This document shows positions 1 to 12,972 of a stretch of DNA of 64,000 nt, piece by piece (position 1 is the first letter of the stretch; each line of letters opens with the position of its first letter). The notes under the pieces were generated by a model. The model had not been told where the DNA came from. It saw nothing but the letters and a program-made list of their open reading frames with translations, and did not search any database. The position numbers and the translations under genes were made by a program. The stretch spans positions 64,668,001-64,732,000 of the forward strand of contig NC_086108.1 of NCBI RefSeq assembly GCF_963921235.1, given 5' to 3'. The DNA comes from Mobula hypostoma (taxonomy: Eukaryota).

Positions 1-780
1 AATCTCAGATGGTGATGACGAGGCATGCAGGAGTGGGATAGATCAGCTGGTGGAGCGATGTTGCAACAACAACGTGGTTGGGCACCATGCTGCATAGCAG
101 TTAGCATGACACTATTACAGCTCCAGAGTTCGGAGTTTAATTCTTGCTTTGTTCCATAAGGAGTCTTTGTATGTCCTCCCTGTAGATGCGCGCGATTTCC
201 CCAGGTGTTTCAGTTTCCTCCCACAGTCCAAAGATGAACCGGTTTGGTTATCTGGTCATTGTAAGTTGTCCTATGATTAGAGTAGGGTTACTCGGGTTTG
301 TGGGGTTGCTGGGGTGGCATGGCTCGAGAGGGTAGAAGGACCTCCTGTATGCCGTATTACTAAATATATAAAACATCCTTGCACTCAATGACAGTAAGAC
401 CAAGGAATTGACCATGGACTTCAGGAAGGGGAAGTTGAGGGAACACGCTCCAGTCCTCATCGAGGGAAAGGGTGAGCAGTTTCAAGTTCCTGAAGACACA
501 ATATCTCTGAAGGTCTACCCTGGGCCCAATGAATTGATGCAATTACAAAGAAAGCACTTAAGCACTATATTTCATTAAGAGTTTGAAGAGATTTGGTATG
601 TCATCAAAGATTCTACCAAATTACTACAGATATATGATGGAGAGCATTCTAACTGGTTGCATCACCATCTGGCACGGAGGGGCGACTGCACAGGATTGGA
701 AAAAGCTGCAGCAAGTTGCAAACTCAGCCAATTCCATCATGGGCACTAGCCTCCCCAGCATTAAGGATAACCACAAATGG
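1..780 (+). mobile_element. Rex1/Babar-type LINE, decayed RT C-terminal fragment (runs off window start), interrupted by a SINE at 74-371
   Basis: Translates to ISDGDDEA..., LALNDSKTKELTMDFRK and ESILTGCITIWHGGATAQDWKKLQQVANSA. Closely similar to the copies at 19480-19950 and 27300-27800. Confidence 0.85.
74..371 (+). mobile_element. tRNA-derived V-domain SINE (HE1-like)
   Basis: Degenerate tRNA-like head, V-domain-like core gtttcctcccacagtccaaagatg...ggtcattgtaagttgtcc and AT-rich tail. Near-TSD aacaac (68-73) / aacatc (372-377). Splits the Rex1 reading frame. Confidence 0.75.
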
Positions 781-2369
781 TAATTTCAAAGTAACGTTTG
801 CATGGGCAGTTTTGTAAAGTTGTGTCGCCAATCTAACTTGTTTGAAAATATAGGGAATTTAAAAGTTTGTAAAATATATTAGAAGAAACCTAAGGAATAA
901 TTTGCAAAAAACCTTAAATATATGTGTATGATCTCTTAATTATTTAACACTCTGCGTATGTTTAAAATATTTTAACTTTTTTTGCTTGTACTATCTCTAA
1001 GAATTCTTTAAAATGATTTACTGCATAATCAGGTGACATCAGAACTGAGAGTAAAGGTAGTCGTCAGAACTGTTGCTGGCAATAATGTGCATCAATTGAT
1101 GGGAAGTTTTCACCTTGGAAATTGCTGGATTTTTGTGAGGAGATTTATCTGCAATCCTTTGTGAACAGGGTTGCTTTGCTGTCAATAGGATATTCTTGGC
1201 CAAAGTCTCAGTCATGGAAACAAAGTACAGTATAGGTGGAAGCACCGAGCTCTGACAGTACTCTGTTTTCCTTCCTCATAGACATGGTGCTATTCTTTTT
1301 TTTTAAAAAGAACAGAAAAGTACCAGAAATGTTGTTACAAGTAGAGTGTTTGGGTTGGGGATGGGGAAATTGGGTGGGTGTGGGTGGTCTGGTACTTGAG
1401 GCAATTTGTACTAATCACTGATGCAGAGTCCCAGTTGGAACTAGCATGTTTATACAACACAGAAGTACTGAAGAGTAAATGAGACCCACCTGGGAGAGGA
1501 GCTGATTCCCAGGTGTACAGTTGAAGCTTCAGGAGTCCTTACACAAAAGGAGCTGTGATCTAATTCTCCTCTCGGAACAAGGTACCTGATACTTAAACAG
1601 TAGTCACTGTCAACTGGTGAAAGCATTTGGGAACCAGAACAAGCAGCAAGAGCATCCTCAGCCTTGTCTATTTTTTTTTTTGATTTTCAGTATCAGCGGG
1701 GTTTTCTTTCGCTTTTCAAAAGCAATGGGTTGCCTGAATGAACGGCTAAATTTATTCTGGAAACTAAATTTAGAAGAGGGACTTTTTGGAATTGCAGAGC
1801 ACAACACTGTGCTTTAGTAACTCAGGAGCCTCCTTGTTTTTCATGAATTGCAGGGCACAGCTGCTAGAAAACATCATAAACCTTTAAATAGCTTACAAAT
1901 TGATGCACATGCCCAAGTTAATGAAAATTAATATTGAAACATGACTAGTCAATATTGTTGTATTTCTTGGGATCTCCTTTCATTGCAAGTATTTTAAAAA
2001 GCTCATTGAAGTTGAACATAGAAAATGTGGAGGGAGGGATGAGGAAAACTGATAATAAACTTAATGCCTACTCCACATGATGGCAGAACAGGGAGAAAAC
2101 CAATGTTGGTATTAAAATTTGTGCTCCCTTCTAAAAGCCTGGGATACTGGCTTCACATCTGGAGACAGAGCAACTCTCAGAGCAGCCAGGACAAACCTCA
2201 TCTAGGACATCAAATAGGAAAAGACCTCCTACGCACAAAAAAATTTAGGATTTCCTGTGCAATAACAATCCCCAGCATAAGTGGCTGGGCATCAAGGGCA
2301 TAACTGACATACAAGATTAAAACAGCATCAACTGTACCAGTGATGCCTTCTTCCCTGACTTTTATGCAT

Positions 2370-3495
2370 GCTCTAAATACCACACTTTGCAACTGAACGT
2401 TGGACTTCCTATCCAACAGATCTCAGGTAGTCAGGATGCACCTCCGCTCCTCCCTCCCCATCATCCTCACATGGGTACCCCCCAGGGCTGTGTGCAAAGC
2501 TCATTGCTGTACACACTGCTCACACATGACTACATGGGCAAGCACCTGAGTAATCAAATTGTGAAGTTCCCTGCTGATACGACAGCGGTGGATATCATCA
2601 CTAGCAAGATGAGATAGCCTACAGAGAGGAGGTGGAAGAGCTCAAGGCTAGGTGGCTGGCAAATAACCTCTTCCTCATTGTCAACAAGGCAAAGGAGATG
2701 GTTATCGACTTCAGGAGAACTCACACTTGTCTTGGCATCGGTGACACAGCAGTAGAAACTGCGAGCAGTTTCAAACTCCTGGGTGTGTACATCTCACACA
2801 ACCTCTCACGGCCCCAGACCATATCCTACACAATCAATAAAGCTCACTAACGCCTCAGAGGAGATTGAAGAGCGCAGAACTATGTACATCTATACACATG
2901 TCCTTGTACAGATGCACAATAGAGAACATCCTAACATGCTGCATCACTGCACGGTACAGAAACTGCCCTGTGCGGACAGGAAAGCCCTGCAAAGGGTAGT
3001 CAAAATTGTCCAATGCACCACCGGCACCATCCTCCTCACCATTAAGGACATTTTATACTGAAAGTGGCCAGTAACATCATGAAAGCTCCCATCCACCCTG
3101 CTTATAGACTGTTTGTCCCACTCCCATCAGGGAGAAGGCTACGAGCAACAACGCCAGGACCACCAGACTCAAAAACAGTTATTTTCTCCAAGCAGTAAGG
3201 CAGATCAACATGTCCACCCTCTAATCCTCTTCTCCACACCCTCCCCCCCCCCACCACTACTTTATCATTTCCTGCCACAGTCACCTTATGTATAGACACC
3301 CCTGTGCTTGGTGTCACTGTATGGACATACAATCAATCTATGCATATGTTATCTTATGTATTTATATTTAATGTATATTTTTATTATTGTGTTGTGTATC
3401 TTATTGTGTTATTTTGTGCTGCATCGGATCTGGGGTAACAATTATTTTGTTCTTTACACTGTGTACTGGAATTGACACCAAACAATTTTGAGTTA
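2370..3495 (+). mobile_element. Rex1/Babar-type LINE 3' fragment (second subfamily), decayed RT plus 3' UTR
   Basis: ORFs GTPQGCVQSSLLYTLLTHD...VKFPADTTAV (decayed FADD), NNLFLIVNKAKEMVIDFRR, FKLLGVYISHNLS, DRKALQRVVK. AT-rich tail. Confidence 0.85.
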
Positions 3496-4789
3496 CTGGA
3501 GAAATTTCTTTTGCATTCTGTAAAGCTGGCAAGATTATGATATTGTCGGCTTTTGGTACAAAGCCTTATTAAATTTAAAGAATTGTTGAATTGTATCAGA
3601 ATTAGTACTTATTAAAGGCTGTGTCTTTTTGAAGAATGGCACTAATTAAGTATGTTTGAATCTTGTAAGGTGTGACATGGAGTTTTTCTTTATAACCCTT
3701 ACATGGTCAGAGTTCCAAACATCAACTGGAAATGCAAGGATTATATTCTTCATTTCTTTAATGGCTCAAGAAAGGCTTCTTGCATGGAATGAAGACTCAA
3801 TGATAATTTATTTCCTATAATGAATGATCAGATCATTGAGACAAGTGATAAATTATTCATGCAGATTGGCTACTGGCTTGTGAGGGAAAAACTGAAAGTT
3901 TTTTCTAAGTGCATTTATAAGTTGAAGTAGTGATTAAATAATGTACCAGCCATCCAACCCATCTTTTCCATAGCTGTTGTTTTACTTTGTAGAAGTATTC
4001 ACTTCCCAAACAATTGCTAAGTATTTTTCATAGGATATATTTCCACATGGAAAACAATCTTATAATTTCCTTTCATTATTAAATTGCCATTCAAAATGAC
4101 TGAATATTCCACTTCTCAATAATACAAATGCAGTTTTCAAATTTCAGTTTCCTGAATGAAAGCAATATTTGTGCTTACATTAAATTAATGAACTATAACA
4201 TATTATGAAGCCTTTGATCCTGACTGTTGCTCAAGTAACACAACACAGTTACTACTGAGATGAAATGGTGCAAATACCATATGCATGATGTCAAAATACA
4301 CATTTTATTTGAACATTTTCATGCCACTGCATGATAGAAATTCTTTAAATCACTTCCATTGATTAAAGGAGATTGGTAAAGCTGATGTAATTATTAATTT
4401 TGTGTGGTACAGCAATAAATGTCCACCTGCATATTTATGTCTACCCTCTACACATGCAATGCAGCAAAAGATTAACTGAGCTACTTTTACATTGCTGTAG
4501 AATTTAACAGGCTATAAATTATGATCTAAATTTAGGGAACTAATTGCAATTTACTTGATTCCATTAAAGTTATAATTCATGAAATATTTCTTGAAAATGA
4601 TGAGCCATGGGTGAAGAGGCAAATTGGCCAAGTTGAATGGCTTCATAGTTCTTAAAAGTATTGCAAAAGAAACTACTGGGTTCCTTTATTCTTCATTCTG
4701 AGGGATAAAAAAAAGCTCAGCTGTGGTCTGGACAACCTGCTCTACAGCTAGTTTAAGCATATATGGATGCGAACAAAAACAGCTCATGA

Positions 4790-4930
4790 TTGAAGTCCTG
4801 ATGAAGGATCTTGGCCAGAAACGTTGACTGTCTATTCTTTTCCATAGATCCTGCCACATTTGCTGAGTTCCTCCAGTATTTTGTATGTGTTGGTCAAGAA
4901 TTCCAGCCTCTACAGAATCTCTTGAGTTCA
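4790..4930 (+). mobile_element. PLE terminal repeat fragment with degenerate hammerhead motif (4794-4830)
   Basis: agtc-ctgatga-aggatcttggcca-gaaacgtt-gactg followed by the tgctgagttcctccag...ttccagc tail shared by the PLE ends in this window. Confidence 0.8.
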
Positions 4931-6644
4931 CGATAGGACATGCATATAGTGCTCTTCCGTTTCAAACAAGTATGCTAAGGTGTGTTTCTGCAGATAATAG
5001 GGAGAGAAAGCAGGAAAGATTCACGAGTTCATTGGCTGGTTTACCCACCTCCCTTCATACACCCATGTAACTGCAATGATCAATGGAACCTAATGTGCAG
5101 AGATGAATACTGCTGAGAGCGTATGCTCTCACAATAACTGCAAGCCCCCGAAGACTAATCTCTCTCTTAATATCTTTTGATAAAATAACTTTGAACTCAT
5201 CAGCTCTCTAACATTCTAGTAAAAGTCTGGATACTTTTCAGAGGCTTAACAATTACAGTATGAATTCTCATTTTCTAAGTCCTGTTTAGATTCCTGGCAT
5301 TTCACATTGGTATATTATTGACTTACTTAAGTCTTCTGTTTAATTAGGAACTCAGCTTTAAAGCTTGATGTAACAGAGGACAATTTATCTAATGAAAAAT
5401 TTGTTCTATAATATTACATTTTCTTTCTTGATATGCATGATAGAAACCGTAATGTAACAACTTTCAATATTTTTCTTATTTCATATTTATCTATATCAAT
5501 GCAAATTTATCAGTTTTAAGGTGAAAATTCATTAAACATGTTTTTAGTTCTTATAAATAGCTATTCCTCAATTTGCTAAAAGAGTATGCCTCTGGAAAAA
5601 CATTCTTTTAAGCAATAGTGTGTAACACAAAGAGGCTGGATGATTTGCCATGCTGCAGTGTATTCCTCTGCATGAAGAGTGTGTGTTATTTATTACAGCA
5701 AAATAGCCTCATAAATGGAAGACATGCATCCCTGCCAATCAATAGCACTATGGTGAAAATTCATAAATTGAACATTTATAAATCAAGGAGTTGCACATGT
5801 ATCTGTTAACTCTAAAAACGTGAGCATGAAATTTTACCCTTTCTTAGATGTTTGCACATAGTTTTCTTGTTTGGAATCTGCCTGTCCCAGAAACTGTCGA
5901 GGGAATTTTCCTTTATAAGACGGTGGTGGCCAGTGGACAGAATTTACAAATTTGCCTCTTGACCATTTTCCAAAAGTATTGTACACTGTATTCAAAGACT
6001 TTCTGTCATTCATAGTGGTTAAGTGGCTTATTAGCTGTTGGAAAAGTGTTCATTAATTCAAGAGCATTATTACTGGCTGATTTTTTTTTGGCATCAATTT
6101 TGTTCAGAATTATTCTGTATAAAAATTGCACACGTTTTTTTATTTTATTATTCGAACATTTAAAAAATGGCTTTTGGAACATTAACTATTTTACTACCAG
6201 GAGCTAAATAAAACTTCTCTTTTTTGTGATCAGTATTTTCACATCTGAGGTCATTTCTTAGCAAAGTGAAGTATTGCTTAAATGGACAATGTAAGCACAT
6301 TTGCATAAGTTGATATAACATTAATAGGAATGACTGTCACAACTGAAAAATAAGATGGAAGTGCTTGTCAGTTAATGGTGTCTGGCACAAAGATGCTTTC
6401 AATTATTTACCTCTTATATTGCCAGAATCATCTCAGAGTAAGGACCACACAGTAACATTCCCCTTTCAGGGAGATTGTTTTTCATCTTTTAATGATGATC
6501 AGCTGGCTGTGGGCGCTGCAGTTATAACAACTATTTTTTTTCCCTTTGATTAATAGTCCCTTCACTTGCAGGTCATTTAAAGGAACCAAAAACCAGAACT
6601 GAGGGTTTTCCAAGGTCAATAGTTGTAGAGATTATATTGGATGC

Positions 6645-7555
6645 ACTGAAGATGCAAAAACAGAAAACTTTAGAAATACTCAAAAGGTCAAACTGCATAT
6701 GTGGAGAAAGAAACAAAATTTTCGGTCAATGGCGTTTCATCATGATGAGGATAAGTGGAAAAAAGTCATTTGTGGTTGCAGAGAAGGATGAATAGAGACT
6801 ATAAAGTTAATTTCACTGACATTGTGGAGGAAATCAACAATCACTTAGCTTGAAGCATTTTCCCATGTCACTTTACCTCTTCCTTTCCCACCTTCCAGGG
6901 ATGCAAACTCTCCTTCCAATGAAGCAGTTATTCATTTTCACTACTCCAGTTCAGTTTATTGCATGATTTCTTCCATGGTGGACAGCACAAGTGCAAACTG
7001 AATGATTGATTTGCAACCAGCTTTGTTCAGTTGCATATTCACTTTGAGTTTCAGTTCTGCCTCCCACTCACACATTGACTTCTGAATTTTTGACCAATGA
7101 AGCCCAATGCTTATTAAGGGCCATCACTTCATCTTCTTTAAAGGCGTATTGTAGCTCAGAACTCCAAATTAAATTCAGTGATTTAATATAATGAACCTTT
7201 TGAGTTTAATGACATTAACTCAGTTATTCACTCACCATAGACACTACCTGCATTGCTGTGCACTTGTATTCTTTTTTACTTCAGATTTTTAGTAAGCATT
7301 ATGTTCTGCAACTCACGTCCAGCTCTCTTCTCTTTCATGTCCCTATATTCATACTTTAGACAGCTCAGACATCACTAATAAACCTTCACTATTCTATCAT
7401 AGACATCCCCTTTATTCTTTATACAGCTTCTGAGTTCTGATAAAATGTTATTGCCCTGAACTGTTAATTCTGTTTTCTCTTCGTTGAAGTTGCATGGCAT
7501 GTTGCACGTTATTTGCATTTTTTAAAAATTTATTTCAGATTTCTAACATCCAGAT
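6645..7555. mobile_element. Ancient, highly decayed PLE (inverted terminus at left, GIY-YIG remnant, terminus at right)
   Basis: 6880-7190 aligns by eye with the GIY-YIG region at 63580-63935. 7430-7555 resembles the PLE terminal repeat and 6645-6745 resembles its reverse complement. Confidence 0.5.
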
Positions 7556-8424
7556 GGGCCTTATAAAGCAAAATTATTCCAGATTTTGCAATAGGTCGTG
7601 ACGTATGCAAGTTGCTTAAGTAAATACTAATGTGAGAATCACTCAGATGTATTTTGTACAACAAATAATTCTTCTGATAAAGTTGCCTGAAATGTGTTGA
7701 CCTGTAATAAACCTGTTAACTTTTTTTTAGAGTTCAGTATTGTCTCATTTAGAACTGTATGATCATATTGGATGGTTTTGGTTGAAAGTTTGTATACACA
7801 AAACCTCAAAATATAAATTATTTTTGTCCACTGTTCCTCTCTACCCACTTTATAATCATTCAGTGGTTAAGTAATTTGGATTTATATTAGACTCAAAGTG
7901 GCAAATCCTTTTAAAATATGTTTCAGTGAAACTAAGTTGAGAATTTTATGAAGGAGCCTGTGAAAACTTTAGAGTTGGAAAAATTCTGCATTCATGGTAT
8001 TAAAAAAACGCAGTTAGTGTGTCGAAGACCAATTAGTATCTGAAATGGAAAGATAGGTTAACATTTATGGTATATCATTCATTACAATATTTCTTATTAT
8101 TTACTCTGTTATTTATGATGATGGTGCAGTGCTTGGGTTGTGCATGAGTCACCTATTCCGGGCTGCAGCACTGGATTCTCTCCAAAATACATTTGCCCGT
8201 GTAACTGAATACTTCCCACCGCACGGAAACAATGGAATTTTGGGCCCTTACTGTGACTGATTCTTGCCCGATATGTGCAACGGTATGGTATCACAGTCTT
8301 ATCCATACAACTGAAATACCTTCTGAAGTGCTTGATGATTGCCAACTAGATCCATTTCTTGACTGTGGATGTGCTGGATTTGGAAGGGGAATTTATTTTG
8401 TACTATCAAAATATACTGTATATT

Positions 8425-9570
8425 AAAATAGAAAATAGAAGTAGTGGCTATTTGGCCCCTACCATCTGCTACGCTATTTAATAAAATCATCACTGATATT
8501 TCACTCCTGAATTAACAAAATATCTGTTAACATCCCAAAATAAGGATAGTATTGAAGTCCATTTTATTGGTACAATAGCTCACTGTACTTGTGGATATGA
8601 CAATAAACTTGACTTGAATGTCACGTGATCTTTGTCTTGAATAAGCTCAACAGTTGAGCCTTCACAGTTCTTTTGGGTAGCAGAATAAAGAAATTTGATC
8701 ATTTCACTCCTGAATGGATGACACAATCCAGAGGAATCACTCCTGTCAATATCTGTGTAATTATTATATACTCAGGAGAGGATAGGCCCAGTTGTTTAAT
8801 CATTCCTCTAAGAACACTCTTATCCACCCAAATTTAATCTTGTATCAATTTGATGAATGTTCATTGCACTGCTTGAAGTATATTACTACTTAGGTGGGGA
8901 GAAGAAACCTGTACGCTATTGCAGATGCAGTCGCATTATGGTTCCATATAATTGTATTAGTGTACCTTTACTTTTGTAGCCCAGTCCTCTTGCAGTAAAT
9001 TCAGTACACAGGAGACATGAGTCTGCAGATGCAGAAATCTGGAACAGCATACAACCTACAGGAGGAACTCAGTAGTTTGAGTTGCATTGGATCAAGGTCA
9101 ACAATGTCTTTCCTCCCACAGATACAGCTTGACCTACTGAGTTCCACCAGCAGATGGTTTGTTGCTAAAAGGTCAGTACATAATTTTCTTTCCAGATTGC
9201 TTTCTAAACCTGTATGATAACTTTTATGGAACAACTAATCAAAGCCACTTAGGAGACTAATACATGATATTCATTTATCTAAACTGGTAGTTTTACACTC
9301 AAGGAAAAATCTCTGACTGATTTGTCAAACGTAATTTCCCTTTCATAAATCCACTTTCATTCTGCCCAGTCCAGTTGTTATTTTCTGTGTCTCCTTTCTG
9401 CCACTTTGAGAATGATGGATTTTAGCATTTTTTTTCATATTAACTGGCTTGTGGTACCAGTTCTCTCTCTTCCCCCTCTCCCCTTTCTCAAATAGTTTTT
9501 GCTATCTATTAATTTGCGTGGCCAGTTTTAGAATCAATAAAATTTTGGAAGATGACAACCACCATCTCCA
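8425..9570 (-). mobile_element. Old CR1 LINE remnants
   Basis: Reverse-complement CR1 3' end (tatttggcccctaccatctgct) and the GFMKGKxxLTN motif on the minus strand (gatttgtcaaacgtaatttccctttcataaatcc, ~9319-9352). Confidence 0.5.
9015..9165. mobile_element. Fold-back PLE terminal remnant
   Basis: ctgcagatgcagaaatctgg...ggaggaactcagtag is mirrored by ctactgagttccaccagc...tgttgc. Confidence 0.6.
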
Positions 9571-12500
9571 TCACAAAATTGTCATGATGTAAGTATTTCA
9601 TGGGCAATATTTTCATGATGAAAAATAATTTATTTGGTAAGGATTTGGGATGTGCTGCCCTCACTAATTGCTGTTGCCCTGAACATAACTGGTTAGATTC
9701 ATGTAGAAAATCTTGTTGGCTGAGGCCATCCTGCAGCTGAGCCGTGAGGCCTGTGCGCGTGAAACTAAGTAGCCAGGGTGCATGGCATTCCAGAAGAAGC
9801 CCTGTCTACAATGCTCTTCCAGAAATCTGACAGCTGACTTTATACTGTGGATGTCTTTATAAAGTCATGCAGAGTACAAAACATCCAATTTGTTATTGAA
9901 CATGAGGGCATCTGGTGGAATGCAAAGTTGCACCACACTGAACAACTTTTTTGGCTTCCTCACTCAAAATGGTCAATGCAGTTGCAATTCCAAAATTCCA
10001 ATAGAGTTAAGTTTTTCTCCCTCTGTTGTTGCAGCAAAATCAAACTGTGTTGTTTGCTAAACCATGACAAATTCCATTCAGTCTTATAAATTAAGACCAA
10101 TATTTAAGTGAGTTTAACTAAAATGTTTCCATTATATCTAAAGATTTACATTAGGTTTCTTCAGTTAATCAAACCAAAAAGAGTAACCTCTGTTAATTTA
10201 ACACTATTATTGCTTTCAAAGTTATCAGTATTGATCAAGCTCATTTCAGCCTGGATAGTAATTTAGTTTCAAATGACTCCACTGCCTTGGGCAATATGGT
10301 GTTAAGGGAGGGAGGGGTGTTGGCAGGCCAGGGGAACTCCTTCATCAGAGTGCCTGATGATGATCCACCTAGACAAATATAACACATGTAAAGACTGCTT
10401 AAATTCAACTGCGGGTACCTTTCATCTTCACTCAGCTGACTTGCATCCAGTTTCTGAGTTGACATATGAAGGTAGTTATAAGAGAATAATTCTTGAGGTG
10501 CCCATGTTACAAAAGCCTGCCTTTATAAATCATGCCATTTACTGGAAAGGTTTTGAGCCATTTTTGGCAAATGTAGCAAACCAACCTATGGGTAAATATT
10601 GAGCTTGACTAAATAACCAAGTAACCCTATTGGGGAGAATGTTGTTTGAGGGATTAATGTTGACTCCAATGTTTCATTGATTTTAAACATGATCCATTAA
10701 ACTGTTGCAAGTTAAAGGCTGGAGAAATTCAAAGAACTGGCCCAGAAATTGTTGTGTTTAATCAGAGTAATGTTCAGACTGGAGTTGATTGATATTTAGT
10801 ATTCCCAAAGAAAAGCCTCTGAAGAAAAAATAAGCTTTTAATTTAAAGTGAGTTTACCTCTAGCTTGTTCCCAATGCCAATCTCCATGGTCTGGCCCATG
10901 TCAAGAATATTCCCTCCAAATTAAGAAAAAAACAACACTTCCAATGATTGTGAAAATTTGCTTATGGATGAAAAACTCACATAAACACGTTCCACATTCG
11001 TGACTGAAAAGTGCCTAAGTGATAACCAGCTGTGCATTGCATACCTTTGCTGCAACCGTTGTTGCTTGCTATTCACATTTAAAATAAATTGAGAGCTAGG
11101 AAGGAAAATCATGGACATTTTTTTTTTCGGGGAGATTTTAGAGAGTAGCAGCTATGCAGCAAAATTTGAAGCCCACTGCTATTTGAGAGTGTGAAGATTC
11201 CTGGTTACTTTGGTAGTGATAGTCCAGGTTATGTAGTGAAATCCTGGACAAGGAACCCATGGCTTGTTCAATTTGGGAGGATCCCCAAATGAACAAAGGT
11301 GACAACAAATATGGAGGTTACTTGATTAAGAGTGATACAAAAGTTAAAGGCTTTTTCTTTGTGGTCTGCTTCTTTCAGTGAGCAAAGTGCAAAGAGGATA
11401 GGGATTCAGAATAGTTGATTTCATACTCAGTGAAGTGGGTGAAAATATCTGGAGTTTCTTTTATAGTTCTAAACATTAATGTGCATTGTGGTTAAAGGAG
11501 TTGGTTTCTCTAAACTTAAATTATATTGATAGACAAAATAAATCTGACATGCTTGAGTAAAAGCCAAGACAGGTAATTAAATTGCTAAATCTTGTGATTA
11601 AAAAAGGATTAAAGTTACAAAGGAATTAATGTGCAAATAATTAGTTGTTGTCCATTTTGGGAATTAACAGAGTTGGCAAACCAGTGGATATCTGATAACC
11701 TATGATAAAGTCTATCGTTCCTGTCTGAAAATCTTTAAAATTGGTTAGGGTTAGAATTCAATTACTTTCTCTCTTCAATAGAACATTAAACTTTAAAATC
11801 TTAAGATTGAGAATTATGTTCTTACTTACAATACTAATATTTACTTAAATTTAGAATGCTTATATTTAATTTACAAATACCTACACAATGCCTATGGAAT
11901 ATATTTTGCTGGTATCTTTGCCAAAGCCATATAACCTTCAAACCTTTTTAACTACTTGTACATGAGAAGGTGAACTAGGAATCAGGAGTGAGGGAAAAGA
12001 CCAAATTTCATTGTGTATTTCTTATGTTCCTTACTTTGTAGAGTAAGTGAAAGTGCTGCAAATGTTCTTGAAAAGAACCAAGGGTTGAATTTAAGCATTG
12101 CTGCTCTTAATGGCACAAACAAAATATTACTGGCCAGAAGTCCAAAAAGTAGAGCTGTACAATCGGTATTGTCAAATCAGGAATTGGCTTCAGAAATTCA
12201 TTCCATTGAAGTCAATAGAATACCTTCTGAAGATAGTCTGGAACCTGCTGCCACATTGCCAACTGCAGATGAATTTTTATGGATTTGTTTTGCAGAAAGG
12301 TCATTTGCCAAAAATGTCATCTCTGCTTGTCTTTCCACAAAAACTATCCATCCTCTAGTTTTACTGCGTCCAGTGCTCCTGATGTGGCCTTCTATATATT
12401 GGTGAGACCCGGCGCAGACTGGGAGACCATTTCGCTGAACACCTACGCTCTGTCCGCCAGAGAAAGCAGGACCTCCCAGTGGCCACACATTTTAATTCCA

Positions 12501-12575
12501 CGTCCCATTCCCATTCTGATGTGTCCATCCACGGCTCAGGTTGGAGGAATAGCACCTGATATTATATATATTTTC

Positions 12576-12581
12576 TTTCTT

Positions 12582-12667
<86 letters not shown>
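12576..12667 (+). repeat. (CT)n microsatellite inside the PLE 3' region
   Basis: About 90 bp of nearly pure ct dinucleotide repeat. Confidence 0.95.
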
Positions 12668-12671
<4 letters not shown>

Positions 12672-12935
12672 CTCCCTCCCTCCTCCTCTTCCTCTCTTCC
12701 CCCCCCCCCTTTTCTCCCTTGACCCTCTCACTATACTCCTTGCCCATCCTCTGGGCTTCACCCCTCCCCCTTTCTTTCTCCCTAGGCCTCCCATCCCATT
12801 ATCCTCTCATATCCCTTTTGCCAATCAACGGTCCAGCTCTCGGCTCCATCCCTCCCCCTCCTGTCTTCTCCTATCATTTCGGATCTCCCCCTCCCCCTCC
12901 CACTTTCAAATCTCTCACTAGCTCTTCTTTCAGTT

Positions 12936-12972
12936 AGTCCTGACGAAGGGTCTCGGCCTGAAACGTCGACTG
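12936..12972 (+). ncRNA. Minimal type I hammerhead ribozyme motif, intact core
   Basis: agtc (stem I) CUGACGA agggucucggccu (stem II) GAA ACGU C / gacug (stem I). Predicted cleavage 3' of C12967 (GUC triplet). Confidence 0.75.

Noticed and set aside
8109..8430. CpG-retaining stretch with short ORFs on both strands
   Set aside because: No recognisable protein, no good splice pair, stops in all frames.
12375..12385. In-frame TGA in the PLE CxxC motif as possible selenocysteine
   Set aside because: It is at the non-Cys position (tgc tcc TGA tgt) and the paralogous copy near 63670 has CAA. Both fit CpG decay of CGA.
12492..12794. RE-repeat and LS-repeat ORFs
   Set aside because: Translation artefacts of the (CT)n microsatellite.
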